Assembly (NCBI RefSeq): GCF_988242995.1
Contig: NZ_OZ547043.1
Reading direction: 5' to 3' (one strand)
DNA: 64,000 bases
The notes under the pieces are model-generated. The model saw only the letters and a program-made list of their open reading frames with translations, was not told the origin of the DNA and searched no databases. Position 1 is the stretch's first letter. Every line of letters begins with the position of its first letter. The translations under genes and the position numbers were made by a program. Positions 13,214-24,152 of the stretch are shown here, piece by piece.

Positions 13214-13873
13214 TTACAGGTTTATAAGAATATTCCCATCTGCATCAACAACGCCGCTGACCACCTGTCCCGATACCATGCGCACCCGCGCATTCTGTGC
13301 GACGGCTGCATTGTTCAGCGCCTGACCTTCTGCGTTGGCGCTAAACCCATCACCACTGGCGATCACGTTGACGCGTTGTCCCGCTTTTACCCGCCATGCC
13401 TGGCGAAACTGGGTTAACTGGATAGGTTGATCGGGTGATAGATCGCGCAGGCTAACGGCATCAACAAGTTGATTGATATCCAGCACCGTACGCGGTGGCA
13501 AGGTGTCCAGCCGTCCGCGTTTCAGTTTGACATTGCCAGCTTCCAGCTTTCCTCCCCGCACAATGGGCATTGCGGCAACCACATAATTTCCTGTGGCCTG
13601 CACATAAACCTGTAAATATCGTTTGTCGTTACCGCAGCGTGCCAACACATTCACATTGCCCCACAGGCGGGAATTATTGCTCATCGAAAGCAATGGCTGC
13701 TCGCACGGCGGTAGTAGATTGGGCGCTGTACGAATAGAAACACGAACCTCATCACTTACCCCCGCGAGCTGGGCGCTAAAAAAGGTGTGCAATTGCGATG
13801 TGAGATTGCTCGCCGCACTTAACGGACTGAACAGTATCGCGATGATCGCCACGCTACGTTTTATTGCCAGCAT
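13214..13873 (-). CDS. flgA: flagellar P-ring assembly chaperone FlgA
   Basis: Track ORF 219 aa with signal peptide; divergent from flgB. Confidence 0.92.
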   Translation of the reverse strand: MLAIKRSVAIIAILFSPLSAASNLTSQLHTFFSAQLAGVSDEVRVSIRTAPNLLPPCEQPLLSMSNNSRLWGNVNVLARCGNDKRYLQVYVQATGNYVVAAMPIVRGGKLEAGNVKLKRGRLDTLPPRTVLDINQLVDAVSLRDLSPDQPIQLTQFRQAWRVKAGQRVNVIASGDGFSANAEGQALNNAAVAQNARVRMVSGQVVSGVVDADGNILINL

Positions 13874-14027
13874 TTTCGCCCCCTGCCATTTCTACAACGT
13901 GAATTGTACCTGTCCGCAATGACCATCAACGGCATAAATAGCGACCCATTTTGCGTTTATTCCGCCGATAACGCGCGCGTAAAGGCATTTAAGCTGATGG
14001 CAGAATTTTGATACCTGCGGAGGAGAT
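13874..14027. promoter_or_regulatory. divergent flgA / flgB class 2 (FlhDC-dependent) promoter region
   Basis: 154-bp gap between divergently transcribed flgA and flgB; assignment from established flagellar regulon organisation, FlhDC boxes not delimited. Confidence 0.5.
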
Positions 14028-14444
14028 ATGCTCGATAAGCTCGACGCCGCCTTACGTTTTCAACAAGAGGCGCTCAATCTGCGCGCCCAGCGTCAGGAAG
14101 TGCTGGCAGCAAACATCGCCAATGCCGATACCCCTGGTTATCAGGCGCGCGATATCGATTTTGCCAGTGAACTTAAAAAAGTCATGCAACGTGGACGGGA
14201 TGCAACCAGTGTGGTTGCACTGACGATGACCTCAACGCAACACATTCCGGCGCAGGCGCTGACGCCTCCTACCGCAGAACTGCAATACCGTATTCCGGAC
14301 CAGCCTTCGCTTGACGGTAATACCGTCGATATGGATCGCGAACGCACCCAGTTTGCCGATAACAGCCTGCAATACCAGATGAGCCTTAGCGCGTTGAGCG
14401 GGCAAATCAAAGGCATGATGAACGTTTTACAGAGCGGAAATTAA
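14028..14444 (+). CDS. flgB: flagellar basal-body rod protein FlgB
   Basis: Track ORF 138 aa; matches recalled FlgB. Confidence 0.95.
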
Positions 14445-14447
14445 CGG

Positions 14448-14852
14448 ATGGCACTGCTGAATATTTTTGATATCGCCGGGTCGGCGTTAACTGCCCAGTC
14501 CCAGCGCCTGAACGTGGCGGCCAGTAATCTGGCGAATGCTGATAGCGTGACCGGTCCCGATGGACAGCCATATCGGGCAAAACAGGTGGTATTCCAGGTT
14601 AACGCTGCACCAGGTGCTGCGACAGGCGGCGTAAAGGTTGCCGATGTTATAGAAAGTCAGGCCCCGGACAAACTGGTTTATGAACCGGGTAATCCGCTGG
14701 CGGATGCAAAGGGCTACGTGAAAATGCCAAACGTTGATGTCGTCGGAGAGATGGTTAACACCATGTCGGCGTCACGCAGCTATCAGGCCAATGTTGAAGT
14801 GCTCAACACGGTGAAAAGCATGATGCTGAAAACCCTTACGCTCGGTCAATAA
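14448..14852 (+). CDS. flgC: flagellar basal-body rod protein FlgC
   Basis: Track ORF 134 aa; 3-nt gap after flgB. Confidence 0.95.
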
Positions 14853-14863
14853 AGGAGAAAGCT

Positions 14864-15559
14864 ATGTCCATTGCGGTAACCACCACCGATCCGACAAATA
14901 CCGGCGTCAGCACCACCAGTAGTAGTTCGCTCACGGGCAGCAACGCCGCAGATTTACAAAGCAGTTTTCTGACTTTGTTGGTGGCGCAGCTGAAAAACCA
15001 GGACCCGACCAATCCAATGGAAAATAACGAGCTGACGTCGCAACTGGCACAAATCAGCACGGTCAGCGGGATTGAAAAACTCAATACCACGCTCGGATCT
15101 ATTTCCGGACAGATTGATAACAGCCAGTCGTTACAGGCCAGTAACCTGATCGGTCACGGCGTGATGATCCCCGGCACCACTGTTCTTGCGGGAACCGGCA
15201 GTGAAGAAGGGGCTGTAACCACGACCACGCCGTTTGGTGTTGAGCTGCAACAGGCGGCAGACAAAGTTACGGCCACCATCACCGATAAAAACGGTGCGGT
15301 TGTCCGTACCATTGATATCGGTGAACTGACTGCCGGAGTCCACAGTTTCACCTGGGACGGTACGTTGACTGACGGCAGCACTGCGCCGAACGGTTCTTAC
15401 AATGTAGCGATTAGCGCCAGTAACGGTGGTACACAACTGGTTGCCCAGCCGCTGCAGTTTGCTCTGGTGCAGGGTGTGATCCGCGGCAACAACGGTAATA
15501 CGCTGGATCTCGGCACTTACGGCACCACCACCCTCGACGAAGTACGGCAGATAATTTAA
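14864..15559 (+). CDS. flgD: flagellar hook capping / assembly protein FlgD
   Basis: Track ORF 231 aa. Confidence 0.93.
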   Translation: MSIAVTTTDPTNTGVSTTSSSSLTGSNAADLQSSFLTLLVAQLKNQDPTNPMENNELTSQLAQISTVSGIEKLNTTLGSISGQIDNSQSLQASNLIGHGVMIPGTTVLAGTGSEEGAVTTTTPFGVELQQAADKVTATITDKNGAVVRTIDIGELTAGVHSFTWDGTLTDGSTAPNGSYNVAISASNGGTQLVAQPLQFALVQGVIRGNNGNTLDLGTYGTTTLDEVRQII

Positions 15560-15583
15560 GCCTTCACATTTCAGGAGTCAGTC

Positions 15584-16789
15584 ATGGCCTTTTCTCAAGC
15601 GGTTAGCGGATTAAACGCTGCCGCCACCAACCTCGATGTTATTGGCAACAATATCGCCAACTCCGCCACCTACGGCTTTAAATCAGGCACGGCCTCTTTT
15701 GCCGATATGTTTGCCGGTTCGAAAGTGGGACTGGGGGTAAAAGTTGCCGGTATCACTCAGGACTTTACCGATGGCACGACCACCAACACCGGGCGAGGTC
15801 TGGACGTTGCTATCAGCCAGAACGGTTTTTTCCGTCTGGTAGACAGCAACGGTTCGGTGTTCTACAGCCGTAACGGACAATTTAAGCTGGATGAAAACCG
15901 TAACCTGGTGAATATGCAAGGTTTACAGCTGACGGGTTACCCGGCAACCGGTACGCCGCCGACTATTCAGCAAGGGGCGAATCCGACCAATATTTCGATC
16001 CCGAATACCCTGATGGCAGCGAAAACTACCACCACGGCATCGATGCAGATCAACCTGAATTCCAGTGATCCGCTTCCCTCTGTTAACGCATTTGATGCCA
16101 GCAATGCGGATAGCTATAACAAAAAAGGTTCGGTGACTGTTTTCGATAGTCAGGGTAATGCTCATGACATGAGCGTCTACTTTGTGAAGACCGGGGATAA
16201 TAACTGGCAGGTCTACACCCAGGATAGTAGTGATCCAAACAGCATTGCGAAGACAGCGACAACACTGGTGTTTAATGCCAATGGCGTTCTGACCTCAGAG
16301 CCAACAGCGAATATTTCCACCGGCGCAATTAACGGCGCAGATCCCGCCACGTTTAGCCTGAGTTTCCTCAACTCCATGCAGCAAAATACCGGTGCTAACA
16401 ACATTGTGGCAACCACCCAGAACGGCTACAAACCGGGCGATCTGGTGAGTTATCAAATCAATGATGACGGTACGGTTGTCGGCAACTATTCCAACGAACA
16501 AACCCAACTGCTGGGGCAGATTGTACTGGCGAACTTTGCCAACAACGAAGGTCTGGCATCCGAAGGCGACAACGTCTGGTCTGCGACGCAATCTTCTGGC
16601 GTGGCGCTGTTGGGGACAGCCGGGACGGGCAACTTTGGCACCCTGACCAACGGTGCGCTGGAAGCGTCCAACGTCGATCTCAGTAAAGAACTGGTCAATA
16701 TGATCGTTGCCCAGCGTAACTATCAGTCTAACGCCCAGACCATCAAAACCCAGGACCAGATCCTCAACACGCTGGTTAACTTACGCTAA
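15584..16789 (+). CDS. flgE: flagellar hook protein FlgE
   Basis: Track ORF 401 aa; conserved rod/hook N- and C-terminal segments (MAFSQAVSGLNAA ... ILNTLVNLR). Confidence 0.95.
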   Translation: MAFSQAVSGLNAAATNLDVIGNNIANSATYGFKSGTASFADMFAGSKVGLGVKVAGITQDFTDGTTTNTGRGLDVAISQNGFFRLVDSNGSVFYSRNGQFKLDENRNLVNMQGLQLTGYPATGTPPTIQQGANPTNISIPNTLMAAKTTTTASMQINLNSSDPLPSVNAFDASNADSYNKKGSVTVFDSQGNAHDMSVYFVKTGDNNWQVYTQDSSDPNSIAKTATTLVFNANGVLTSEPTANISTGAINGADPATFSLSFLNSMQQNTGANNIVATTQNGYKPGDLVSYQINDDGTVVGNYSNEQTQLLGQIVLANFANNEGLASEGDNVWSATQSSGVALLGTAGTGNFGTLTNGALEASNVDLSKELVNMIVAQRNYQSNAQTIKTQDQILNTLVNLR

Positions 16790-16808
16790 TCGCTGACGGG
16801 ATAGCTCA

Positions 16809-17564
16809 ATGGATCACGCAATTTATACCGCGATGGGAGCAGCCAGCCAGACGCTGAATCAACAGGCGGTAACTGCCAGTAATCTGGCCAATGCCTCAAC
16901 GCCCGGTTTTCGCGCGCAGTTAAATGCCTTGCGCGCAGTGCCGGTGGAAGGGCTTTCACTGCCTACGCGCACGCTGGTAACGGCGTCAACGCCGGGTGCA
17001 GACATGACGCCCGGCAAGATGGATTACACCTCGCGCCCGCTGGACGTTGCGTTGCAGCAGGATGGCTGGCTGGCCGTGCAGACCGCTGACGGTAGCGAAG
17101 GGTATACGCGTAATGGCAGCATTCAGGTTGATCCCACCGGGCAACTGACAATTCAGGGACATCCGGTGATAGGCGAGGCTGGGCCAATTGCTGTGCCGGA
17201 AGGGGCGGAAATCACTATTGCTGCCGATGGCACAATCTCGGCGCTGAATCCGGGCGATCCGGCAAATACGGTTGCGCCAGTGGGGCGTCTGAAACTGGTG
17301 AAAGCCACGGGCAGCGAAGTGCAGCGCGGTGACGACGGCATTTTTCGTTTAAGCGCAGAAAGCCAGGCCACGCGTGGGCCTGTACTGCAGGCAGAGCCAA
17401 CCTTGCGTGTGATGTCGGGTGTTCTGGAAGGCAGTAACGTCAATGCCGTTGCGGCAATGAGCGACATGATTGCCAGCGCGCGGCGTTTTGAAATGCAGAT
17501 GAAGGTGATCAGCAGCGTCGATGATAACGCAGGCCGTGCCAACCAACTGCTGTCGATGAGTTAA
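16809..17564 (+). CDS. flgF: flagellar basal-body rod protein FlgF
   Basis: Track ORF 251 aa. Confidence 0.95.
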   Translation: MDHAIYTAMGAASQTLNQQAVTASNLANASTPGFRAQLNALRAVPVEGLSLPTRTLVTASTPGADMTPGKMDYTSRPLDVALQQDGWLAVQTADGSEGYTRNGSIQVDPTGQLTIQGHPVIGEAGPIAVPEGAEITIAADGTISALNPGDPANTVAPVGRLKLVKATGSEVQRGDDGIFRLSAESQATRGPVLQAEPTLRVMSGVLEGSNVNAVAAMSDMIASARRFEMQMKVISSVDDNAGRANQLLSMS

Positions 17565-17606
17565 TTAATCGATTGATGACATTGCAATAAAAGCGCGCGG
17601 ACTGTT

Positions 17607-17641
17607 CCCTCGCCCCTTTGGGGAGAGGTTAGGGTGAGGGG
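17607..17641. repeat. GC-rich imperfect palindromic intergenic repeat (boxC-like) between flgF and flgG
   Basis: CCCTCGCCCC-ttt-GGGGAGAGG inverted repeat followed by TTAGGGTGAGGGG; resembles a recalled E. coli intergenic repeat class, exact family not verified. Confidence 0.3.
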
Positions 17642-17682
17642 AAATGCGCACCGCCGCGTGCTTCTGCTCTGCTTGTCACTAA

Positions 17683-18483
<801 letters not shown>

Positions 18484-18535
18484 GGCATAACCGGTGGCAG
18501 ATTCACCGGTTTACTGATTTTTGAAGATGATAGCC

Positions 18536-19234
18536 ATGCAAAAAAACGCTGCGCATACTTATGCCATTTCCAGCTTGTTGGTGCTTTCACTAACCGGCTG
18601 CGCCTGGATACCCTCCACGCCGCTGGTACAGGGGGCGACCAGTGCACAACCGGTTCCCGGTCCGACGCCCGTCGCCAACGGTTCTATTTTCCAGTCTGCT
18701 CAGCCGATTAACTATGGCTATCAACCGTTGTTTGAAGATCGTCGACCACGCAATATTGGCGATACGCTGACCATCGTGTTGCAGGAGAACGTCAGCGCCA
18801 GCAAAAGCTCCTCTGCGAATGCCAGCCGTGACGGTAAAACTAATTTTGGCTTTGATACTGTGCCGCGCTATTTGCAGGGGCTGTTTGGTAACGCTCGTGC
18901 CGATGTCGAAGCCTCCGGTGGTAACACGTTCAACGGAAAGGGCGGGGCCAATGCCAGCAATACCTTTAGCGGCACGTTGACGGTGACGGTTGACCAGGTA
19001 CTGGTCAACGGCAACCTGCATGTGGTGGGTGAAAAACAGATCGCCATTAATCAGGGTACCGAATTTATTCGCTTCTCTGGTGTAGTTAATCCACGCACTA
19101 TCAGCGGCAGCAATACCGTACCGTCTACTCAGGTGGCGGATGCGCGCATTGAATACGTAGGCAATGGCTACATTAACGAAGCGCAAAATATGGGCTGGTT
19201 GCAGCGTTTCTTCCTCAACCTGTCACCAATGTAA
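18536..19234 (+). CDS. flgH: flagellar L-ring lipoprotein FlgH
   Basis: Track ORF 18521..19234 starts at TTG; ATG 18536 gives 232 aa with lipoprotein signal (LSLTGC). Confidence 0.93.
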
Positions 19235-19245
19235 GTGAGGCTGTG

Positions 19246-20343
19246 GTGATTAAATTTCTCTCTGCATTAATTCTTTTACTGGTTACCACGGCGGCTCAGG
19301 CTGAGCGTATTCGCGATCTCACCAGTGTTCAGGGGGTAAGGCAAAACTCACTGATTGGCTATGGCCTGGTGGTGGGGCTGGATGGAACTGGTGACCAGAC
19401 AACCCAGACGCCGTTTACCACACAAACGCTTAATAACATGCTCTCACAGCTGGGAATTACCGTTCCGACGGGCACCAATATGCAGCTAAAAAACGTCGCT
19501 GCGGTAATGGTGACGGCGTCACTTCCGCCGTTTGGACGCCAGGGGCAAACCATCGATGTGGTGGTATCTTCCATGGGTAATGCCAAAAGCTTGCGTGGCG
19601 GTACGTTGTTGATGACACCGCTTAAGGGCGTTGACAGTCAGGTGTATGCGCTGGCGCAGGGCAATATTCTGGTTGGCGGCGCAGGAGCCTCCGCTGGCGG
19701 TAGCAGTGTTCAGGTGAACCAACTGAACGGTGGACGGATCACCAATGGTGCGGTTATTGAACGTGAATTGCCCAGCCAGTTTGGCGTCGGGAATACCCTT
19801 AATTTGCAACTTAACGACGAAGATTTCAGCATGGCGCAGCAAATCGCTGACACCATCAACCGCGTGCGTGGATATGGCAGCGCCACCGCGTTAGATGCGC
19901 GGACTATTCAGGTGCGCGTACCAAGTGGCAACAGTTCCCAGGTCCGTTTCCTTGCCGATATCCAGAATATGCAGGTTAATGTTACCCCGCAGGACGCTAA
20001 AGTAGTGATTAACTCGCGCACCGGTTCGGTGGTGATGAATCGCGAAGTGACCCTCGACAGCTGCGCGGTAGCGCAGGGAAATCTTTCAGTAACAGTTAAT
20101 CGCCAGGCCAATGTCAGCCAGCCAGATACACCGTTTGGTGGTGGGCAGACTGTGGTTACTCCACAAACGCAGATCGATTTACGCCAGAGCGGCGGTTCGC
20201 TGCAAAGCGTACGTTCCAGCGCCAGCCTCAATAACGTGGTGCGTGCGCTCAATGCGCTGGGCGCTACGCCGATGGATCTGATGTCCATACTGCAATCAAT
20301 GCAAAGTGCGGGATGTCTGCGGGCAAAACTGGAAATCATCTGA
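19246..20343 (+). CDS. flgI: flagellar P-ring protein FlgI
   Basis: Track ORF 19243..20343; second GTG (19246) gives 365 aa starting [13 protein letters not shown] as recalled; start ambiguous by one codon. Confidence 0.92.
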
Positions 20344-21284
20344 TGATCAGCGACAGCAAACTACTGGCAAGTGCGGCCTGGGATGCACAATCGCTCAACG
20401 AACTTAAGGCGAAAGCGGGCGAAGATCCGGCGGCAAATATCCGTCCGGTGGCCCGCCAGGTGGAAGGGATGTTCGTGCAGATGATGTTGAAAAGCATGCG
20501 CGACGCTTTACCAAAAGATGGCCTGTTCAGCAGCGAGCACACTCGCCTGTATACCAGTATGTATGACCAGCAGATTGCCCAACAGATGACGGCGGGCAAA
20601 GGTCTGGGGCTGGCAGAGATGATGGTTAAACAGATGACGCCAGAACAACCATTGCCAGAGGAGTCCACGCCAGCAGCACCGATGAAATTCCCGCTCGAAA
20701 CCGTGGTGCGTTATCAAAATCAGACGCTTTCGCAGCTGGTGCAAAAGGCCGTACCACGTAACTACGATGATTCGCTGCCGGGTGACAGTAAAGCATTCCT
20801 CGCGCAACTCTCGTTGCCCGCCCAACTGGCAAGCCAGCAAAGCGGTGTGCCACATCATTTGATCCTCGCTCAGGCGGCGCTGGAATCTGGCTGGGGACAA
20901 CGGCAAATCCGCCGTGAAAACGGCGAGCCGAGCTATAACCTGTTTGGCGTCAAAGCCTCTGGCAACTGGAAAGGGCCAGTCACTGAAATCACCACGACTG
21001 AATATGAAAATGGCGAAGCGAAGAAAGTAAAAGCGAAGTTTCGGGTCTACAGCTCGTATCTGGAAGCATTGTCGGATTACGTTGGGCTGTTAACGCGTAA
21101 CCCGCGCTACGCCGCCGTGACGACCGCCGCGAGTGCGGAGCAGGGGGCGCAGGCCCTACAGGACGCGGGCTATGCCACCGATCCTCACTATGCCCGCAAA
21201 CTCACCAACATGATTCAGCAGATGAAATCGATAAGCGACAAGGTGAGCAAAACCTACAGCATGAACATTGATAATCTGTTCTGA
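20343..21284 (+). CDS. flgJ: flagellar rod assembly protein / peptidoglycan hydrolase FlgJ
   Basis: Track ORF 20313..21284 trimmed to ATG 20343 ([16 protein letters not shown]), 313 aa; ATG overlaps the flgI TGA by 1 nt. Confidence 0.93.
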   Translation: MISDSKLLASAAWDAQSLNELKAKAGEDPAANIRPVARQVEGMFVQMMLKSMRDALPKDGLFSSEHTRLYTSMYDQQIAQQMTAGKGLGLAEMMVKQMTPEQPLPEESTPAAPMKFPLETVVRYQNQTLSQLVQKAVPRNYDDSLPGDSKAFLAQLSLPAQLASQQSGVPHHLILAQAALESGWGQRQIRRENGEPSYNLFGVKASGNWKGPVTEITTTEYENGEAKKVKAKFRVYSSYLEALSDYVGLLTRNPRYAAVTTAASAEQGAQALQDAGYATDPHYARKLTNMIQQMKSISDKVSKTYSMNIDNLF

Positions 21285-21289
21285 ATAAC

Positions 21290-21316
21290 TCAAGTCCGGC
21301 GGGTCGCTGCCGATAA
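21290..21316 (+). promoter_or_regulatory. sigma-28 (FliA) class 3 promoter for flgKL
   Basis: TCAA-N15-GCCGATAA (21290-21316), -10 element is an exact match; 34 nt upstream of the flgK ATG. Confidence 0.65.
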
Positions 21317-21349
21317 TACTCTGTAATTGAAGGCTTATAAGGAACCTCC

Positions 21350-22993
21350 ATGTCCAGCTTGATCAATAACGCTATGAGCGGACTGAACGCGGCCCAGGCG
21401 GCGTTAAATACGGCAAGTAATAATATTTCCAGCTATAACGTTGCCGGATATACCCGCCAAACCACTATTATGGCGCAGGCCAATAGCACGTTGGGCGCTG
21501 GCGGCTGGGTTGGCAATGGCGTCTACGTTTCTGGTGTGCAGCGTGAGTATGATGCGTTTATTACCAACCAGTTACGTGCTGCGCAGACGCAAAGTAGCGG
21601 CCTGACTGCCCGCTATGAGCAGATGTCGAAAATCGACAATATGCTCTCCACCAGTACCTCTTCGCTGGCAACACAGATGCAGGATTTCTTCACCAGCCTG
21701 CAAACGCTGGTGAGTAACGCGGAAGATCCGGCAGCGCGCCAGGCGATGATTGGGAAATCAGAAGGGTTGGTGAATCAGTTTAAAACCACCGATCAATATC
21801 TGCGCGACCAGGACAAACAGGTCAATATCGCGATAGGTGCCAGCGTTGATCAGATCAACAATTACGCTAAACAAATCGCCAGCCTGAACGATCAGATCTC
21901 TCGCCTGACAGGCGTGGGGGCAGGGGCGTCACCTAACAATCTGCTGGATCAACGCGATCAACTGGTGAGCGAATTAAACCAGATTGTTGGCGTAGAAGTC
22001 AGCGTTCAGGATGGTGGCACTTATAACATCACGATGGCCAATGGCTACTCACTGGTTCAGGGAAGTACGGTGCGGCAACTTGCGGCAGTTCCTTCCAGCG
22101 CCGACCCTTCTCGTACGACTGTCGCTTATGTTGATGGGACGGCAGGCAATATTGAGATCCCGGAGAAATTACTGAATTCCGGGTCACTGGGCGGCATTCT
22201 GACATTCCGTTCTCAGGATCTTGACCAGACGCGTAATAAGCTTGGACAACTGGCGCTGGCATTTGCCGAGGCTTTCAACACCCAACACAAAGCCGGATTT
22301 GATGCTAACCGCGATGCTGGTGAAGATTTCTTTGCTATCGGTAAGCCCGCGGTTCTGCAAAACACGAAAAACAAAGGTGACGTTGCGATCGGTGCAACGG
22401 TAACTGATGCCTCCGCGGTACTGGCGACAGATTACAAAATCTCGTTCGATAATAATCAGTGGCAGGTCACCCGCCTTGCCAGTAATACCACTTTTACGGT
22501 GACGCCGGATGCCAACGGTAAAGTGGCATTTGATGGTCTGGAGTTGACGTTTACAGGAACGCCTGCCGTTAACGACAGCTTCACACTGAAACCGGTAAGT
22601 GACGCCATCGTCAACATGGATGTATTAATCACCGACGAAGCGAAAATCGCCATGGCGAGCGCAGAAGATGCGGGTGATAGCGACAACCGCAACGGTCAGG
22701 CCCTGCTCGATCTGCAAAGCAACAGTAAAACGGTGGGCGGTGCGAAATCCTTTAACGACGCTTATGCCTCGTTAGTGAGTGATATCGGTAATAAAACCGC
22801 GACGTTGAAAACCAGTAGCACCACGCAAGGTAATGTGGTGACGCAGCTTTCCAATCAGCAGCAGTCGATTTCCGGTGTCAATCTCGATGAGGAGTACGGA
22901 AATCTGCAACGTTTTCAGCAGTATTACCTCGCGAATGCGCAGGTTCTGCAGACGGCAAACGCGATTTTTGATGCGCTGATTAACATTCGCTAA
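21350..22993 (+). CDS. flgK: flagellar hook-filament junction protein 1 FlgK
   Basis: Track ORF 547 aa. Confidence 0.95.
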   Translation: MSSLINNAMSGLNAAQAALNTASNNISSYNVAGYTRQTTIMAQANSTLGAGGWVGNGVYVSGVQREYDAFITNQLRAAQTQSSGLTARYEQMSKIDNMLSTSTSSLATQMQDFFTSLQTLVSNAEDPAARQAMIGKSEGLVNQFKTTDQYLRDQDKQVNIAIGASVDQINNYAKQIASLNDQISRLTGVGAGASPNNLLDQRDQLVSELNQIVGVEVSVQDGGTYNITMANGYSLVQGSTVRQLAAVPSSADPSRTTVAYVDGTAGNIEIPEKLLNSGSLGGILTFRSQDLDQTRNKLGQLALAFAEAFNTQHKAGFDANRDAGEDFFAIGKPAVLQNTKNKGDVAIGATVTDASAVLATDYKISFDNNQWQVTRLASNTTFTVTPDANGKVAFDGLELTFTGTPAVNDSFTLKPVSDAIVNMDVLITDEAKIAMASAEDAGDSDNRNGQALLDLQSNSKTVGGAKSFNDAYASLVSDIGNKTATLKTSSTTQGNVVTQLSNQQQSISGVNLDEEYGNLQRFQQYYLANAQVLQTANAIFDALINIR

Positions 22994-23004
22994 GGGGAGA
23001 TAAA

Positions 23005-23958
23005 ATGCGTTTCAGTACCCAGATGATGTACCAGCAAAACATGCGCGGCATCACCAACTCTCAGGCAGAATGGATGAAGTACGGCGAACAGATGTCGACG
23101 GGTAAGCGAGTCGTTAACCCTTCAGATGATCCCATTGCTGCATCACAAGCTGTTGTTCTCTCCCAGGCACAGGCGCAAAACAGCCAGTACACGCTGGCGC
23201 GTACTTTCGCCACTCAAAAAGTGTCACTGGAAGAGAGTGTACTTAGCCAGGTCACCACTGCTATCCAGAATGCTCAGGAAAAAATTGTCTACGCCAGCAA
23301 TGGCACCTTGAGTGACGATGACCGGGCCTCGCTGGCTACGGATATTCAGGGGCTTCGTGACCAGTTGCTGAATCTGGCGAACACCACTGACGGTAACGGG
23401 CGCTACATTTTTGCCGGTTATAAAACAGAGACTGCGCCGTTTAGCGAAGAGAAAGGGAAATACGTCGGTGGAGCAGAAAGTATTAAACAACAGGTCGATG
23501 CTTCGCGTTCGATGGTGATAGGGCACACGGGTGACAAAATTTTCGACAGTATTACCAGCAACGCGGTAGCGGAACCAGACGGTAGCGCTTCTGAAACAAA
23601 TCTTTTTGCCATGCTGGATAGCGCCATCGCAGCCCTGAAAACGCCGGTCGCGGATAGCGAAGCGGATAAAGAAACCGCCGCTGCGGCACTGGATAAAACC
23701 AACCGCGGACTGAAAAACTCGCTGAACAATGTGCTGACTGTTCGCGCGGAATTAGGCACGCAGCTGAACGAACTGGAGTCGCTGGATTCATTAGGTAGCG
23801 ATCGCGCTTTAGGGCAAACGCAGCAGATGAGCGATCTGGTTGATGTGGACTGGAATGCAACTATTTCATCTTACATCATGCAGCAAACGGCATTGCAGGC
23901 ATCGTATAAAGCATTTACCGATATGCAGGGATTGTCGCTCTTCCAGCTCAACAAATAA
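23005..23958 (+). CDS. flgL: flagellar hook-filament junction protein 3 FlgL
   Basis: Track ORF 317 aa. Confidence 0.95.
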   Translation: MRFSTQMMYQQNMRGITNSQAEWMKYGEQMSTGKRVVNPSDDPIAASQAVVLSQAQAQNSQYTLARTFATQKVSLEESVLSQVTTAIQNAQEKIVYASNGTLSDDDRASLATDIQGLRDQLLNLANTTDGNGRYIFAGYKTETAPFSEEKGKYVGGAESIKQQVDASRSMVIGHTGDKIFDSITSNAVAEPDGSASETNLFAMLDSAIAALKTPVADSEADKETAAAALDKTNRGLKNSLNNVLTVRAELGTQLNELESLDSLGSDRALGQTQQMSDLVDVDWNATISSYIMQQTALQASYKAFTDMQGLSLFQLNK

Positions 23959-24000
23959 TTTCGCTTTAAAACATATCATGAAACTGGGTATGTTTTGTCT

Positions 24001-24035
24001 GCCCGCTCTGGGATCGCCGGGGCGGGCATTTTTTT
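24001..24035 (+). terminator. intrinsic terminator of flgKL
   Basis: GCCCGC...GCGGGC hairpin 24001-24027 followed by T7 run. Confidence 0.65.
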
Positions 24036-24102
24036 GCCTATTTTGTATTGTTGGTTAGCAAGGATGCCATTCGATGAATTTTAATATGTTGATTCAAAGA
24101 TG

Positions 24103-24132
24103 AAATAAAAAAGCCCTGGCAGTTACCAGGGC
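24103..24132 (-). terminator. intrinsic terminator of rne
   Basis: GCCCTGG-n6-CCAGGGC hairpin 24113-24132 followed on the minus strand by a U-run (plus A-run 24105-24112); 20 nt past the rne stop. Confidence 0.65.
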
Positions 24133-24152
24133 TTGATTGCTTGAGCTAATTA

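Noticed and set aside
18590-19186. 198-aa minus-strand ORF
   Set aside because: Antisense to flgH
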